A stretch of DNA of 62,732 nt, filler included, from Barthelona sp. PAP020 (GCA_040182905.1; 9 parts of 9 records of this genome joined end to end with filler, not necessarily neighbours in it); one strand, 5' to 3'. Shown: positions 43,290-55,922, counted from the whole stretch's first letter. Notes: generated by a model not told the origin, from the sequence alone. Translations and numbers: made by a program.

Positions 43290-43931
43290 TTATCTCTTAA
43301 AAATACATTCCGGAATATATCGTCCAAAGTGATCAGTCGATGTTTTAGTGACTAATTCAACACCCTCACGATCAATTAGTGGTTTGGATACCGACAATAA
43401 ACAACCAGTTAAAGAGTGTCTCAACACAAATGTATCAGCCACAGGTTTTCCAGCATACAAGTAATCTTTGTTTCGAACAGGAGGTTCAACAATCCATTCA
43501 CCCTGATTTTTCAAAGAGGAAAGATATACAGGATTTAAACGAGTGACTGGAGAGCAAAATGAAAAAGTGGAAGTAGAAGAACACAAATAGAAGGGTTCAG
43601 TTGAAATATTTTCATCCTTTAAAACAAAACGCACAGTATCAAAATAATTAATATCACCTTCATGATTAACTTCCATTTCAAATACAGATCTAACATCATT
43701 ATGTTTAGTTGAAGTTAAATAAACAATTGGGTTTTCATCAATGGTAAAATTCATATCAAAACAACTATATAATTCATTGGAACAAGGAGAAATACAAATA
43801 TAAGAACCATTTTTCAATTTTTCAGTTGAAGGCAAACTGTCTTTTGGTTTAAAAGTAATTCTACAAGCGTCTTGAGTTTCTTCCATTGATTGTTTGTTTT
43901 GGGAAAATGTGGAAGTAATCTCATCTTCCAT
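43290..43931 (-). CDS. CFAP161-like axonemal microtubule inner protein
   Basis: RSVF..INYFDTVRF..FYLCS..SPVTRLNPVYL..W..P..Y.GKPV..VLRHSLTG.LL pattern resembles CFAP161/C15orf26. Confidence 0.65.
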   Translation of the reverse strand: MEDEITSTFSQNKQSMEETQDACRITFKPKDSLPSTEKLKNGSYICISPCSNELYSCFDMNFTIDENPIVYLTSTKHNDVRSVFEMEVNHEGDINYFDTVRFVLKDENISTEPFYLCSSTSTFSFCSPVTRLNPVYLSSLKNQGEWIVEPPVRNKDYLYAGKPVADTFVLRHSLTGCLLSVSKPLIDREGVELVTKTSTDHFGRYIPECIFKR

Positions 43932-44185
43932 AACTTATTGTTAGTGAAATAAAATTAAGAAATAATACTTTGTTCTTCCCACCAGTTTCCAACAAGAACA
44001 CGAGAATTATAATCAGCAGGTCCGTATGACATCAAAAAAGATTCAAAAAAAAAAATTTCTTTTTGGGTTCTTCTTTAAAAACTTCAATTCATTGTTCTTT
44101 TTGTCTTTAAAAATCTTGAGTAAGTTATGAAAACAAAAATAAATTTAAATGTTCAAAATGAAAGCAGTTTTTTTAAATTCAATCA

Positions 44186-45868
44186 ATGGTTTCAAATGAA
44201 TTAAGGCAAAAACGAAGACCCATTAAACTTTTATGGACATTAACGGTTGTAGTAATATTTGTTGGGTATGGTTTCTTTTCAAATTTTTTTACTCCAACAA
44301 ATAATGGTAATTTACTCATATTGAATGCTGGAGATAATGACAATGGCGGTGAAGCAGCGTGTCATGATCCTGATTTAAGCGGTAATGCATGCGCTTATGT
44401 TAATAGAGAGGATTGTTTAGAAATCATGGAGTTAGTTCCTTTTTTACAATATTATTACTGTCAATTTGGACAGATGAGAGTTGTTGGGATGATTTTAATC
44501 ATTTTAATCCTTGTATTTTTCTTTGGTTTATTGTCAAGTACTGCAGAAAACTATTTTTGTCCTTCACTTGACAAATTATCGATTGCTATGAAGTTATCTG
44601 AGGCTACTGCCGGAAGTACATTGTTAGCTCTTGGAAATGGTGCTCCTGATGTCTTTAGTATTATTGCTGGAACATCTGATGAGGGTGCTGAATTGGCCAT
44701 TGGTGGAGCATTAGGATCCGGTTTATTTATCTCTTGTTTAGTTATGGGTGCTGTTTGTATGGTTTCAAAAGTCCAACTAGATCCTTTTCCATTTATGAGA
44801 GACGCTATTACCTATCTTGTTGCTACTGTTTTGATGTTTTTCATCTTACCAAAACAAAGCATTGATTTTACTGAATCTGTTGCTTTTCTTGTCTTTTATT
44901 TCACATATGTAATGTCTGTTGTAGTAATTCAAGTGTTTTCTACTAAGAAAGATGACAAAAAGGATCCAGGAAAAGATTATTATTTGATTGGAGTTGGTCC
45001 AGATGAAGAAAAGGAAACATTGGAAGAAAAATCGGAAGTTGATGAAAGTGAAGCTCCAGATTGGAAGACAATGGGTCTTTTTGCGCATGCCTTTGCTTCA
45101 ATTCAGTGGAAAGAAAAATCTTTGTTGGATAAATTTTTTTACATGTTTGAGGCCCCATTTACGTTAGCTAGAAACATGACTGTTCCTTGCGTTGAAGAGG
45201 AATCTTTTATTCCATTGTTAGCTGTATTTCAACCCATCTGCGCAATTGAGTTCATGTTTGTTATAACAAGCACTGGTTCTTTAACCTTGTTTGGATTACC
45301 CATTAGATTGATATGTTATTGTTTTGCTGTTCCACTTACCATCTGGATGGTGATTGAAATTCGTAAGAAACAGTTCCCTCGTCCAGCGTGGTTATTTGGT
45401 ACATTGTCCTTTTGTTTATCTATTGCTTGGATGTACATAATGGCTACTGTTGTGATTGATTTGATTCAAACTGTTGGTATCATCATGGATTTCTCTCCAT
45501 TGCTTTTGGGTTTGATTGTATTAGCTGCTGGCAACTCAGTTGCTGACCTTGTTGCAAATCTTGTCTTTGCTTCCAGAGGTCAAGCTTCAATGGCAGTTGC
45601 TGCTTGTTATGCTGGACCTTTACTGAATACATTATTGGGAATGGGTTTGTCTTTTGCACTTAGAAATGCAGGTGGACAACTAATTGTTTTTACATTTGAT
45701 AAGACCATGCAAATAGCCTTTATTTCGTTGATCATCGTTTTGCTTGTTGCAGTTGTCATCATTCCTTTTTTTAAATTTAAAGCAGGTAAATCATTTGGTT
45801 TCATCAATATCGGCCTTTACATCATCTTTTTAGTTTTAGTTCTTTTTGCCGACAATAAAGTTATTTAG
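44186..45868 (+). CDS. cation/Ca2+ exchanger (CCX/NCLX, SLC8B1-like)
   Basis: YFCPSL, AGSTLLALGNGAPDVFS (alpha-1 repeat), LAAGNSVADLVAN..MAVAACYAGPLLN (alpha-2 repeat). Confidence 0.93.
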   Translation: MVSNELRQKRRPIKLLWTLTVVVIFVGYGFFSNFFTPTNNGNLLILNAGDNDNGGEAACHDPDLSGNACAYVNREDCLEIMELVPFLQYYYCQFGQMRVVGMILIILILVFFFGLLSSTAENYFCPSLDKLSIAMKLSEATAGSTLLALGNGAPDVFSIIAGTSDEGAELAIGGALGSGLFISCLVMGAVCMVSKVQLDPFPFMRDAITYLVATVLMFFILPKQSIDFTESVAFLVFYFTYVMSVVVIQVFSTKKDDKKDPGKDYYLIGVGPDEEKETLEEKSEVDESEAPDWKTMGLFAHAFASIQWKEKSLLDKFFYMFEAPFTLARNMTVPCVEEESFIPLLAVFQPICAIEFMFVITSTGSLTLFGLPIRLICYCFAVPLTIWMVIEIRKKQFPRPAWLFGTLSFCLSIAWMYIMATVVIDLIQTVGIIMDFSPLLLGLIVLAAGNSVADLVANLVFASRGQASMAVAACYAGPLLNTLLGMGLSFALRNAGGQLIVFTFDKTMQIAFISLIIVLLVAVVIIPFFKFKAGKSFGFINIGLYIIFLVLVLFADNKVI

Positions 45869-46291
45869 AGTTGAAATATATTTGGATTGATTCACATGTC
45901 TCATTATTTTAAAGGATTTATCAATTCGATTTTTGAGAGAGGATATTTGAATTAAAACATTTAATTAATTAATTTTTCACATGTAAATGAATAATTTTTC
46001 ACATTTTTTATTGGTAAATTGTTTAAGGTATGCCAAATTCTCGAAAGAAATCATTGTTAATATCTCATTTAAAATGATTAATAAAATGATTGTTTTTTTT
46101 TATTTTTAGTGACTTTGTGTTTGTTTAAATGACAGTTAAAATCAAATAAAGAAAATATTACTTTAAATCTGTTGAACATTGAAAAAAATAAATATGAATA
46201 ATTTTGTATATATAATTTATGTTTATCATATATGAAAAAGTGAAATTAATAATAAGATAACAAGATAATTTAGAAATTAACATTGAATAAG

Positions 46292-48592
46292 ATGGCACCT
46301 TCACAAACCCCAATAGAATTAGATCCAAAAGATAATTTAGATGCACAAAGGCTTCTAAGAAGAGTTATTGGAACTCAAATGGATCAATCTGAAACTAATT
46401 TTCACGTGATGAACATGGTTTTAGGAATAGAAATGACTATACGAAGTATTGAAAAAATGGATGATGGTAACGATTTGCAATCTCATCATTTTACTGATGT
46501 TATTCGTAGTAATATCCCACAAATAGGTCCACACATGCCCGAATTTTTGTTTAAAGATTATTCTCCTGTAGCTTTTATGAGGATACGAGAACAATTTGGT
46601 GTTGATAATGACCTTTATATAAACAGCATTTGTGACTTTAATTGCCTGTTTGAAAATGTGTCTTCTGGTAAGTCTGGGAGTACCTTCTATTTTTCTGCTG
46701 ATGGCAGCTATTGTATCAAAACAATCACTCATGATGAGCTCAAAGCAATTCGTTTATTTCTTTTTGAGTATTATCAACATATTTGTTCGTTTCCCAACAC
46801 CTTACTATGTCGTTTCTATGGACTTCATCGTATTGAGAATAAAGATAATGGTAAACGAACGTATTTTGTAGTTATGGGGAATGTTTTTGATACTCCACTG
46901 TATATTCATGAACAGTATGACATAAAGGGGTCCACACATGGGCGTAAAGTATCAGAAGACAAAATTAACTTTGCAACCTCAACCTTGAAAGATTTAAATT
47001 ACTTAGAATTGCGAGGACCTAATAGTATAAAACTTGGCCCTAAGCAACACGTGTTTTTAGATCAACTTATTATTGATGCAAATTTTTTGGCGTCTATTAA
47101 CGTGATGGACTATAGTTTACTCATCGGTATTCACAAGAAAGATAAGCCTGTTCCTTCAATATACGAGAATCGTATCAATTCTTTGATTGATATTTGGACC
47201 TCAGGTCCTCCCTTGCCTAAATTGACTCCTGCCGTTATAGCAGGGGGTGTGATGACACCTGCCATTCGTGGGCCCAAAGGCCACTTGGTTTCCTTGTTTC
47301 AAATGGAAAATGGTGGTTTTTCTTCAGTTCAAGAGCTATCACCCGAATATTTTGATGTAACCGCAACACCTTTGAGTCCCACTAGATTGCCTAATTCTCA
47401 AAATAATGACGATGAGGTGGAAATGTTTAATTATGACTATGAATCTTCTTTTGATTCCGATACACTTTCTAGACTTAGTTCGCCGGGGTTGAGCACAATT
47501 TCAAATCACTCAAGGCATACTTCATCCGATTTGGGAACTTCTAGTATCACAAGGGATAATTCTGAGATGGATTTAGGTGCTTTGGTGAAGTCTGTCGAAG
47601 AATCACCAAATGATAGAGTAATTGATGACACAGAAATGAGTAATGTTTCTGTTGATGAGAACGATTTGTTTGATAATAACTCTTTTCCGTCTAATTTTCC
47701 AGAAAGAGTATCGTCTTTTGCAACATTTACTTCTTCGAATGGTAGAAGAGAAAGTCGTTTATTTCCTCAACATATTGATGTTGACAAGCGTCTGAAGTTT
47801 GTTCCTCGAACCACCATGTCAATGCAACAACCTGTTTTAGATTCTGATTCGACTAAATCCGATACCAGTTCTATCAGTACTCATAATCCTTTGTTTAAAT
47901 TGAGAGAAGCTTTAAATGCTCAACAAACTGTATCTTCAACAAGAGCAGACATTCCATTTGATGCTGGCAATGAGGTATATTACTTCGGGATTATTGATAT
48001 CACAACTGTTTGGGGGACAAAGAAGTCGATTGAACATTTTTTCAGATCTGTTTACACAGATGGTGATACTGTATCTTCAGTTAATCCAAGACATTACGCT
48101 GATCGTTTCATTTCATTTGTAGATAGGTTGTTGGGACCCATTCCGATTTTAAGGCCTCCAAATCCCAAAGCACTTGATGTTTCAAATTTGGCAAAACGGT
48201 ATATTTTCGATCGTTGTAAGACAAGATATGTCGGAGGGGATTCCAAAGATTCTGTTGATCTTGATTCTAAAGTCAATCCTGATTCTGATGTCTCTTTTTG
48301 TTTTGTTTGTGGCGCCAAGGTATTTTTTCAAAATTACCGAAAGAAATCTAAATATAAGAGTATGAGTGGATGGTGCATCACCTCTTTGATTCCACATGAT
48401 GCGAAGATACATCATAAAATAATTGCATGTGAGAAATGTGGAAAGCTTTTGAAGACCGTTAGTTATTTTGAATTATGCAACATTTTACATATGAAAATAA
48501 AATGTGTTGGAGAACGTTTTGATGGTGCTTTTTGTAATAAACAAACAATTGATCATTCTTGGTGTTGCAAAGAACATAAATTTCGTTTGTAA
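46292..48592 (+). CDS. PIP5K: phosphatidylinositol-4-phosphate 5-kinase with C-terminal Cys-rich extension
   Basis: FKDYSP.AF..IRE.FG, SSGKSGSTFYFS, IKTI, YDIKGS, LKDL, MDYSLLIGIH, YYFGIIDI, S.VNP..YADRF; first ATG 46292. Confidence 0.93.
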   Translation: MAPSQTPIELDPKDNLDAQRLLRRVIGTQMDQSETNFHVMNMVLGIEMTIRSIEKMDDGNDLQSHHFTDVIRSNIPQIGPHMPEFLFKDYSPVAFMRIREQFGVDNDLYINSICDFNCLFENVSSGKSGSTFYFSADGSYCIKTITHDELKAIRLFLFEYYQHICSFPNTLLCRFYGLHRIENKDNGKRTYFVVMGNVFDTPLYIHEQYDIKGSTHGRKVSEDKINFATSTLKDLNYLELRGPNSIKLGPKQHVFLDQLIIDANFLASINVMDYSLLIGIHKKDKPVPSIYENRINSLIDIWTSGPPLPKLTPAVIAGGVMTPAIRGPKGHLVSLFQMENGGFSSVQELSPEYFDVTATPLSPTRLPNSQNNDDEVEMFNYDYESSFDSDTLSRLSSPGLSTISNHSRHTSSDLGTSSITRDNSEMDLGALVKSVEESPNDRVIDDTEMSNVSVDENDLFDNNSFPSNFPERVSSFATFTSSNGRRESRLFPQHIDVDKRLKFVPRTTMSMQQPVLDSDSTKSDTSSISTHNPLFKLREALNAQQTVSSTRADIPFDAGNEVYYFGIIDITTVWGTKKSIEHFFRSVYTDGDTVSSVNPRHYADRFISFVDRLLGPIPILRPPNPKALDVSNLAKRYIFDRCKTRYVGGDSKDSVDLDSKVNPDSDVSFCFVCGAKVFFQNYRKKSKYKSMSGWCITSLIPHDAKIHHKIIACEKCGKLLKTVSYFELCNILHMKIKCVGERFDGAFCNKQTIDHSWCCKEHKFRL

Positions 48593-48710
48593 ATTTTGCA
48601 ATTTTGCCTGCTTTATTTTTTTCTTTGTAATAACATCACAATTTATTTTTTGGACTTCAAATATATGTTAAAGAAGTCAAAAATTAAAAAATAATTGATA
48701 ATATAATCTC

Positions 48711-48742
48711 CAAAACATTCAAAACATTCAAAACATTCAAAA
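48711..48742 (+). repeat. short tandem repeat (CAAAACATT)x3.5
   Basis: caaaacatt caaaacatt caaaacatt caaaa between two convergent 3' ends. Confidence 0.85.
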
Positions 48743-48778
48743 AAAATATTTATAATATATTTATAGTTGAGAAATCAG

Positions 48779-48880
48779 TTATTTCTTCTCAGGAGCAGGA
48801 TAATAGACACCAGGCAATCTAATAATACCATTATAAATGAAGAGACCACACAATAGAATGGCAAAACCAACTAATTCTAT
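48779..48880 (-). CDS. 3' end of a DMT/SLC35F6-like transporter (partial, contig edge)
   Basis: Manual translation IELVGFAILLCGLFIYNGIIRLPGVYYPAPEKK*; last-TM motif GF.IL..G..IYN. Confidence 0.6.
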   Translation of the reverse strand: MELVGFAILLCGLFIYNGIIRLPGVYYPAPEKK

Positions 48881-48980
48881 NNNNNNNNNNNNNNNNNNNN
48901 NNNNNNNNNNNNNNNNNNNNNNNNTTAATTAATTAANNNNNNNNNNNNNNNNNNNNNNNNNNNNNNNNNNNNNNNNNNNN
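48881..48980. other. artificial contig spacer
   Basis: N44-TTAATTAATTAA-N44. Confidence 0.97.
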
Positions 48981-51900
48981 TTACGTTCATTTGAACTCTC
49001 CAAATCAATAATCTGATCTCTCAAAATTAATAACTCAGCTTCCATATCATGCATCTTTTCTTTCATATTGTTGTTGTCATTTTTTATCAATTGAGTTCTG
49101 GTTAAATCTTCCATAATGGTAACTTCATGTCTTTTACTCACCTCTCGATAGAATATCATCTGTTTACACAACCAGATAATGGTAACAAAAGGTCCAATGA
49201 AAAGTTTAGTCAATTTGCTATCATCCTTAGTGATAAAGTTTGTAAAAGAACTGAATTCACTTTGTTGTTTGAAAGTTTCCAAAATAATACGCAATGACTT
49301 ACTGCTTAAATCAACAATATCCAATTCAGATTTATGATCCAATAAATTGACAGTCTTATCAATACTTTCATTGAACAACAAGCTAGAATAATGTTCATTG
49401 ATTAAATAAGCATAATGCCAAAAGACATCTAGTTTTTTCTGTTCTTCATCCATAACAAACAAGTTTATTGGTTGTTTGGATGGTGAACCAGGGGTAAATT
49501 CCAATTCTGAATCTAAACCTACTTCTTCTGTCTCAAATGGTACATTTAACAGAATTTCATATAATTCTGTACTTGTTTCACACAATGTCTGATAATTTGA
49601 AGTGTCAACACGTTGTTTTTGTAATGATTGAAGATGAGAAATTTCTTTTTCTAATTCTTCAATCTTTTGCGACATTGTGACATTTGCAGATTTACTTGTT
49701 TCCGCCTTAATTAATTCTTGTTGTAAAGAATCTACTTCTTCTTCAAGTTCTTTCATCCGTAACTCCATGTTGGTACCATGTTCTTTTATTTTTAACATTT
49801 CAACAGTGCTTTTGACATCTGTTAATTTGTCCTCCAAATCAACATTTTCTTTCAAAAGGGCTGATTCATTCTGTAGACTCAAAATAGTAGTTTTTAAGCT
49901 CTCATTTTGTTGTTCAACCATCATTAATCGTTGTTTTAACAGTCCTTCACTCTTAATTGTCTCTGTTAACCTTTGTCTTATCGTACTTATCAAATCTGAA
50001 TCAACTTCACCCAAATCGTCATTTTCTAATAACCTTTCAACTTCATTTCTAATCTCATATAGCATGCGAGTAATATCATTGGAAGGTGTAATACCTAAAA
50101 TAACAGCTATTTGCTCAATTTCAAAGAAATAATTTTCCAGGGGATTGTAGGAAGTGTATTGACTTCTTGTTGGAGACATGTCACTTCTTTCATCCCTGAT
50201 CAAGCTAATCAAACTCTCAATCTCATTGACCGAACCATGTGAAGCTCTTAAATTATCAGTGGCTTGTTTCAATCCATCAGTTACAATATTGATTGAACTA
50301 AATTCAGCATTCAAGCGTTTAAATGTAGGCAGTAATGTATTCACAAATCTGGTATACAATTTGATGTTAGTTTGATACTTTATGTTTTCATTGAGTAATT
50401 CATCACTTAACTTCTGATAATATGTGGATTGAGCCTTCATGTTATTATATTCATTGCTGGTTGTCTCTTTATTTCGCTCTAATTCTCCTATACGAGATTT
50501 TAATTTTGATATTTCTTCTATTTGTGTTTGTTTCAACATTTTTATTTCTTCTTTCCAGGAGATCTGACTTCTTCTCAATTGTTGCTCATAATCTTCCACA
50601 AGACGGTCCCTTTCATTGCTATGGGAGTTATAAATTTCTGCTACACGCGTATCAAATGAACTGCTTAATTGATTCACACTTGATTCATGAGCAGTTTGTA
50701 ACTTGGTAATTTCATCTATTTTTCCACGATATTCTGCTTCTGACTGATTGACTTTGGTCTTATATTCAACTTCTACACGTGTTAATTCTTGTTGATGTCT
50801 TTCAACAATTGTTTTCAATTTAATTTCTGAATTGTTCTGAATATCTTCAACATGTTTCTTCACTTCCATTAATTCATTTTCGTAAAAGGTTTTAAGGCTG
50901 GTCAATTCAATCTCATGGTTTGCTTTCAAATCATTAATTTCAATATTATGAGATTGATTCATTTTTTCCAATTCCATTTCAAGTTTTTCTTTTGATTCTA
51001 CGATAGATTCTTCATGATCAATCATGAATTTCTTCATGACTGTATCATGTTCAGCTAAAGCCATTGAAAGTCTCTCCAACAATTCTCTTTCTTTCAAATC
51101 TCTTTCTTTCAACAATTCTTCAATATTTTCATCATGCTTTGACTTCAATGATTTGATTAATTCTTCGTGTTCAAGGTTTTTCATTTCAAATAGTGCTCTT
51201 TGTTCATCTAAACTGTCTTCTGATTCCTTTCTTTCCTTTTCTAACTGTTGTAACAATTCACTTAATTCTGATGATTTTTCTTTCAACAATCTGTCTTGAA
51301 GCTTTTCAGTCTCTTCTCTTAAATTTTCAATTTCGCTCAAATATTCCCCACAAACTTTTTCATTATTTTCAACAATGTTTTCAATTTCTTTTTCTTTTTC
51401 TTCTAACAATAATTCATGTTGTTCTTTTAATTTACTAACATTTTCATTGTTTTCCTTTGTGACATTCTCATAGCGATCGTTCAAATTTTGAATAACACTT
51501 GTCAATTCATTTCTTCTTTCTTGAAGTTTCTTCAAAGCAGTTTGATATTTTGAAACATCAACTGACAAACCTTCATGAATTCTCTTGAATTCTTGAATAA
51601 TGTTGCAAATAAAAGTTTTTAGATAGTTGAAATATCCCTGAAATTGTGATTCAAATGGTTGAAGTTCACCTTTTTTCAATTTTTCAAAACCGTTTAAAAC
51701 GCCATCAAAATCACAAGAATATTGAACCACAGCCAAAAATTCATTGTCTTTATCAAATAGGTCATTCATACGAATGTCAAATAATTCTAAAGCATTGTAG
51801 ATGATAATGCTTGATTTTTTTAAAGCATCAAAATATTTAGCCAATTCTCCAACATGATCATCAGTGAAATTTCCTTCAGTAAAACCTTCTAACTTACTGG

Positions 51901-54250
51901 ACAATTCATTGTTGATCATAGCCAAATTATCATTTTCTGAATTTAACTCAGCAATCTCTTCTTCCAAAATCTTGATCTTTTCATTACGCTGATTAGCTAA
52001 ATTCACTAGCAATTGACATTGATTGACTAATCTTTCAAATGATTGCAGCAGGTTAACATCATTAAAATCACTAACATCTATCAACTCCAATATCTTGGTT
52101 GAAAGAATGTTCACTGCCATTTGAGTAGTTGGATCAATATCTGCTTGAATTCCAACACTCATATCCTCAATACTCTCAATACTTAAATGTGTCAATTTGT
52201 TAGAATCACACACAATTTGCCTATTTTCATGAACTAATTCCAAGTATTTCTTCTCCAAATCAATATATTGAATTTTCAAATTTTGTAAATTTAATTCAGC
52301 AGATTCTTTTAATTTCTCTATATTATTTGCTTTATTTTCAGCAGAATCAAGACGAATTTCCATCATAGTATTCATTCGATCATTTTCATTTTTAATTCCC
52401 TTTAACTGTGTTTCTAATAAGTAATTTTTACTCGAAAGCGTTTTAATACTATCTTCAAGGTTTATTGTATTGTTCTTCAATTGACGTATCTTTTGTTCAT
52501 TGTTTCGTAAGTCATCTTTCAAATCTTGATTTTCCTTTTCAACATTAGATAAACGTTTAATTTCTTCAAACCGTTCTTCCAACACAATTTCAATATTTTC
52601 AAAGTCAACAAGCTTCATATTTAATTCACGTTTAGTGTTTGCTAACATCTTCCCGATACGTATAGCATTTTCCTCAGATTTATTCAATCTTTCTTGTAAA
52701 TCTTTGTTTTGATTCTTGTTAGCTTCTAAATCTACACTTAAATCAATTATTCTCTTTTGTTGTTCTTTTGTACTGCTTAAATTCATTTCTTCAAGTTCTT
52801 GACATTCTTCACGTAGCTTTTCATTGGAGGATTTCACAATTTGCAATTCATCAATGGAACTCACCAATCTAAAATTTAATTCTCGATTTTCGTTCTTTAA
52901 TTGACGTTCAGAATGATACAAAAGGAGATTTTCTTCAGTTTTCTTCTGTAAATTAATACGAATCTCATTTAAATGAGATAATTTTTCTTCTGCATCTCTT
53001 AAAAAGGTTTTATTTTCATCAATGGTATTCGAATGTTTTCTGTTTTCATTCTTTAAACGATTACATTCATCATTCAAAGTTTCAACATATTCTTTCAAAC
53101 TTGATACATCTTTCATCAATTCAATTATCGTAATATTTGACTCTTTTAGGCTATTCTTCAAATCGAATATCTCTTGATTTCTCTGTTCAAATAGTGGAGT
53201 GAAATTATCTTGAAAGGCATCAGCAGAAAGGTTTGTTTTTTCTAATTCTCGTTGTATATCTTTAAACTCTTCCTCTTTTTTAGTCAATAAATCTTCATAA
53301 ACTTTAGCTTCTTTCATGCTTTTGTAAATCTTCTCAATCTCATCATTCAATAATTCAGTACTTGTTTGTACATCATTGTATTGCTTAGTAATAGGAATTT
53401 GTTGAGTAAGTTTCTCTATTTGAAGTCTCAATGAAGAATTTTCCTTTTCAACTATCGATAATTCGGCTTTTGAATCAATAACCAATTTATCATGTTCATT
53501 GTATGCATTTTCAAGATCAACAAGCTTCTTTTTCAAATCTAAAATATCCCTACGATATTGTTTGAGGTCACTTTTTAAATGTTCAGTAGCTTCTTCAACT
53601 TTTCCATTTATTACTTTATCAGTATCGACAAGCTTTAATTTTTCTTCATTTAACTCAGATTTTAGTCTTTCATTGACTTCATTTTCATCATCAAGTCGAA
53701 CTTGTAAGTTTTTGTTCAACATTTTCAATCTATCAATTTGAGCCACGTATTCATTGCTTTCATGCTCATGTTTTCTTTTATCTTGAGTAAATTCATCAAT
53801 GTTACCATACAATTCATCTCTTTCACTCTTAATCTTTTGATATGTATCAATTTTTGCATCTAAATTACATTTTAACTCTTCATTTTCACGTTCCAATATT
53901 TTAATCTTTGTTTCAAACTGTATTTTAGATCTCTTTGAAATTTCTAAATCTTCTCTCAATTCTTGATTTTCGTTTTTAACTCGTATTAATTCATAGGTCT
54001 TTTCATTTATCTTTTCATTTTGTTCTTTTATAAATTCATTCAATTTATGGTTTTCGTTTTCCATAGACTTTAATCTCAAAACATTATTTTTCATGGAAGA
54101 CATCATTGAAGATAAATTAACCTTTAAATCTGCAGCATGTGAAGCAATATATACATCTTTGACCGAATTATTATTCTCTTCATCATCATTATTCTTTGGT
54201 GAAAAATTTTTAGATGTCTTATTTTCAACATCTGAATCACTTGCGTTCAT
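48981..54250 (-). CDS. very large coiled-coil protein (>1750 aa, 3' truncated)
   Basis: Uninterrupted 5.3-kb ORF, E/K/L/N-rich heptads; no family recognised. Confidence 0.85.
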
Positions 54251-54339
54251 TGCGTTATGAATTCAATTTGTTTTAAATTATCGTATTTTCAAAGAAAAAA
54301 AATTTTCTCCTCTTTTATTTTTGAAAATCACAATCAGCA

Positions 54340-55822
54340 ATGTCAATTCAAATTAACCCTTTGGCGAATCCAAAGGATGTTAAAATGTATTGTGAATTAT
54401 GTAACCAACCTGCAAAAATGCAATGTCCATATTGCCGAAAAACTTATTATTGTTGCAAAGAACATCAGACTTTGGATTGGGAAGGTGTCCATCGTGTGAT
54501 TTGTGATAAAATTGCAGTTGTGAGAACGGATCATTTGGTATTAGGAACTGATCATCAAAGAACTGAATTTGAGGAAAAAATAGCTCAACAAAGAAAAGAA
54601 ATCATTGAAATTTCCAAATTACAGGCTACTAAGTTTTTGACTGATCGTCAATTTAAACTTGCCATTCCTGGAGCACTACAAACGTTAAAACAAAGTCAAA
54701 AGTACTATGGAGATTCATTAGCTGTTATTCCTGCGTATCTGCTATTGGGTGAAACATATTTAGGGTTGAATCAATTTGATGAAGTTCAAAATTTCATTAG
54801 TTTAGCTGAATGGAATATTATTAACGTAAAAGCTCAGATGGAGGAGACACGAAACATGGAACATGTTCAAAATATGGGTGTTGGAAAACAAAATAATGAA
54901 AACGCATTGGATTCAACCTTTAAAGATTTGTTAAGTAAAACAATGATTAAGAATGGTGGAAATAACGAGGAAAATCCCAATTACACCATATCTCAACAAC
55001 ATCAAAATATTGACACTGATGTTTTGGGTTTTTATAATGCCTCATTACCGAGTGCCGTTTTAGACAAAGCACTCGGGAAATTTTCGGAAGCAAAAACTCA
55101 AAATGCACAAAATGTTGATTTAGTTTCTTCAGTAAATAGTGTTCAAGATGCTTTGGCCAGTGAAATTGCATTGGAAGATGCAACTGATAAGAATAGCCAT
55201 AAAAGATTGAATTATAAAAATTTGAGTGAATTGGAAGATATTGTGTATTTGCAAGCAAAGATTCTTTTGCTAAAAGGAAAGTTTTTATTAGAAGTTCGAA
55301 AATATGACACTGCTTTGGAAGCTTTAGCTCATTCCATCTATTACTATTCGTTAGAAGTTGGACCAAATAATGTGGCAAATTGTCCTCCATTATTCTTTAT
55401 TGGGTTTATTTTTCATACGTTGGACTTAAAAGAAAATGCTTTTATTTTTTTCAATCAAGTGATTTTGTTACAGCGCAGTTATTTTGAAACTTTCTTACCC
55501 AGATTGCTTGGTGCTTTAGAAACTAAATCAGTACCCATCTCCATTTTTGATGAGTTAGGTGAGGTTTTGCTCACTGAAATGGAAGCTATTTTGACCAGAA
55601 TTCATTATCTTTATGTTGATCGTTTTGGTGAGGAAAGTGTTCATGTAGGATTAATATTTTATACCTTAGGTTTGTTTTATACTGCTATTGAAGAATTTAG
55701 CTTGGCTTTGTCTACTTTTGAAAAAGCTTCAAATATTTTAACAGTCACAGATAATACTGCTTTGGAATTGCAGAACATCCAACATTTTGTCAGTAGAGTC
55801 GGTCGTTTGGTTGAATTGTCTA
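54340..55822 (+). CDS. ZMYND12: ZMYND12/p38-like inner-arm dynein associated protein (MYND finger + TPR), 3' truncated
   Basis: INPLANPKDVKMYCELC..C..CRKTYYC..EHQ..DW.G.H..IC; LAIPGALQ; PAYLLLGE; LAHSIYYYS..GP. Confidence 0.88.
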
Positions 55823-55922
55823 NNNNNNNNNNNNNNNNNNNNNNNNNNNNNNNNNNNNNNNNNNNNTTAATTAATTAANNNNNNNNNNNNNNNNNNNNNN
55901 NNNNNNNNNNNNNNNNNNNNNN
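55823..55922. other. artificial contig spacer
   Basis: N44-TTAATTAATTAA-N44. Confidence 0.97.
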
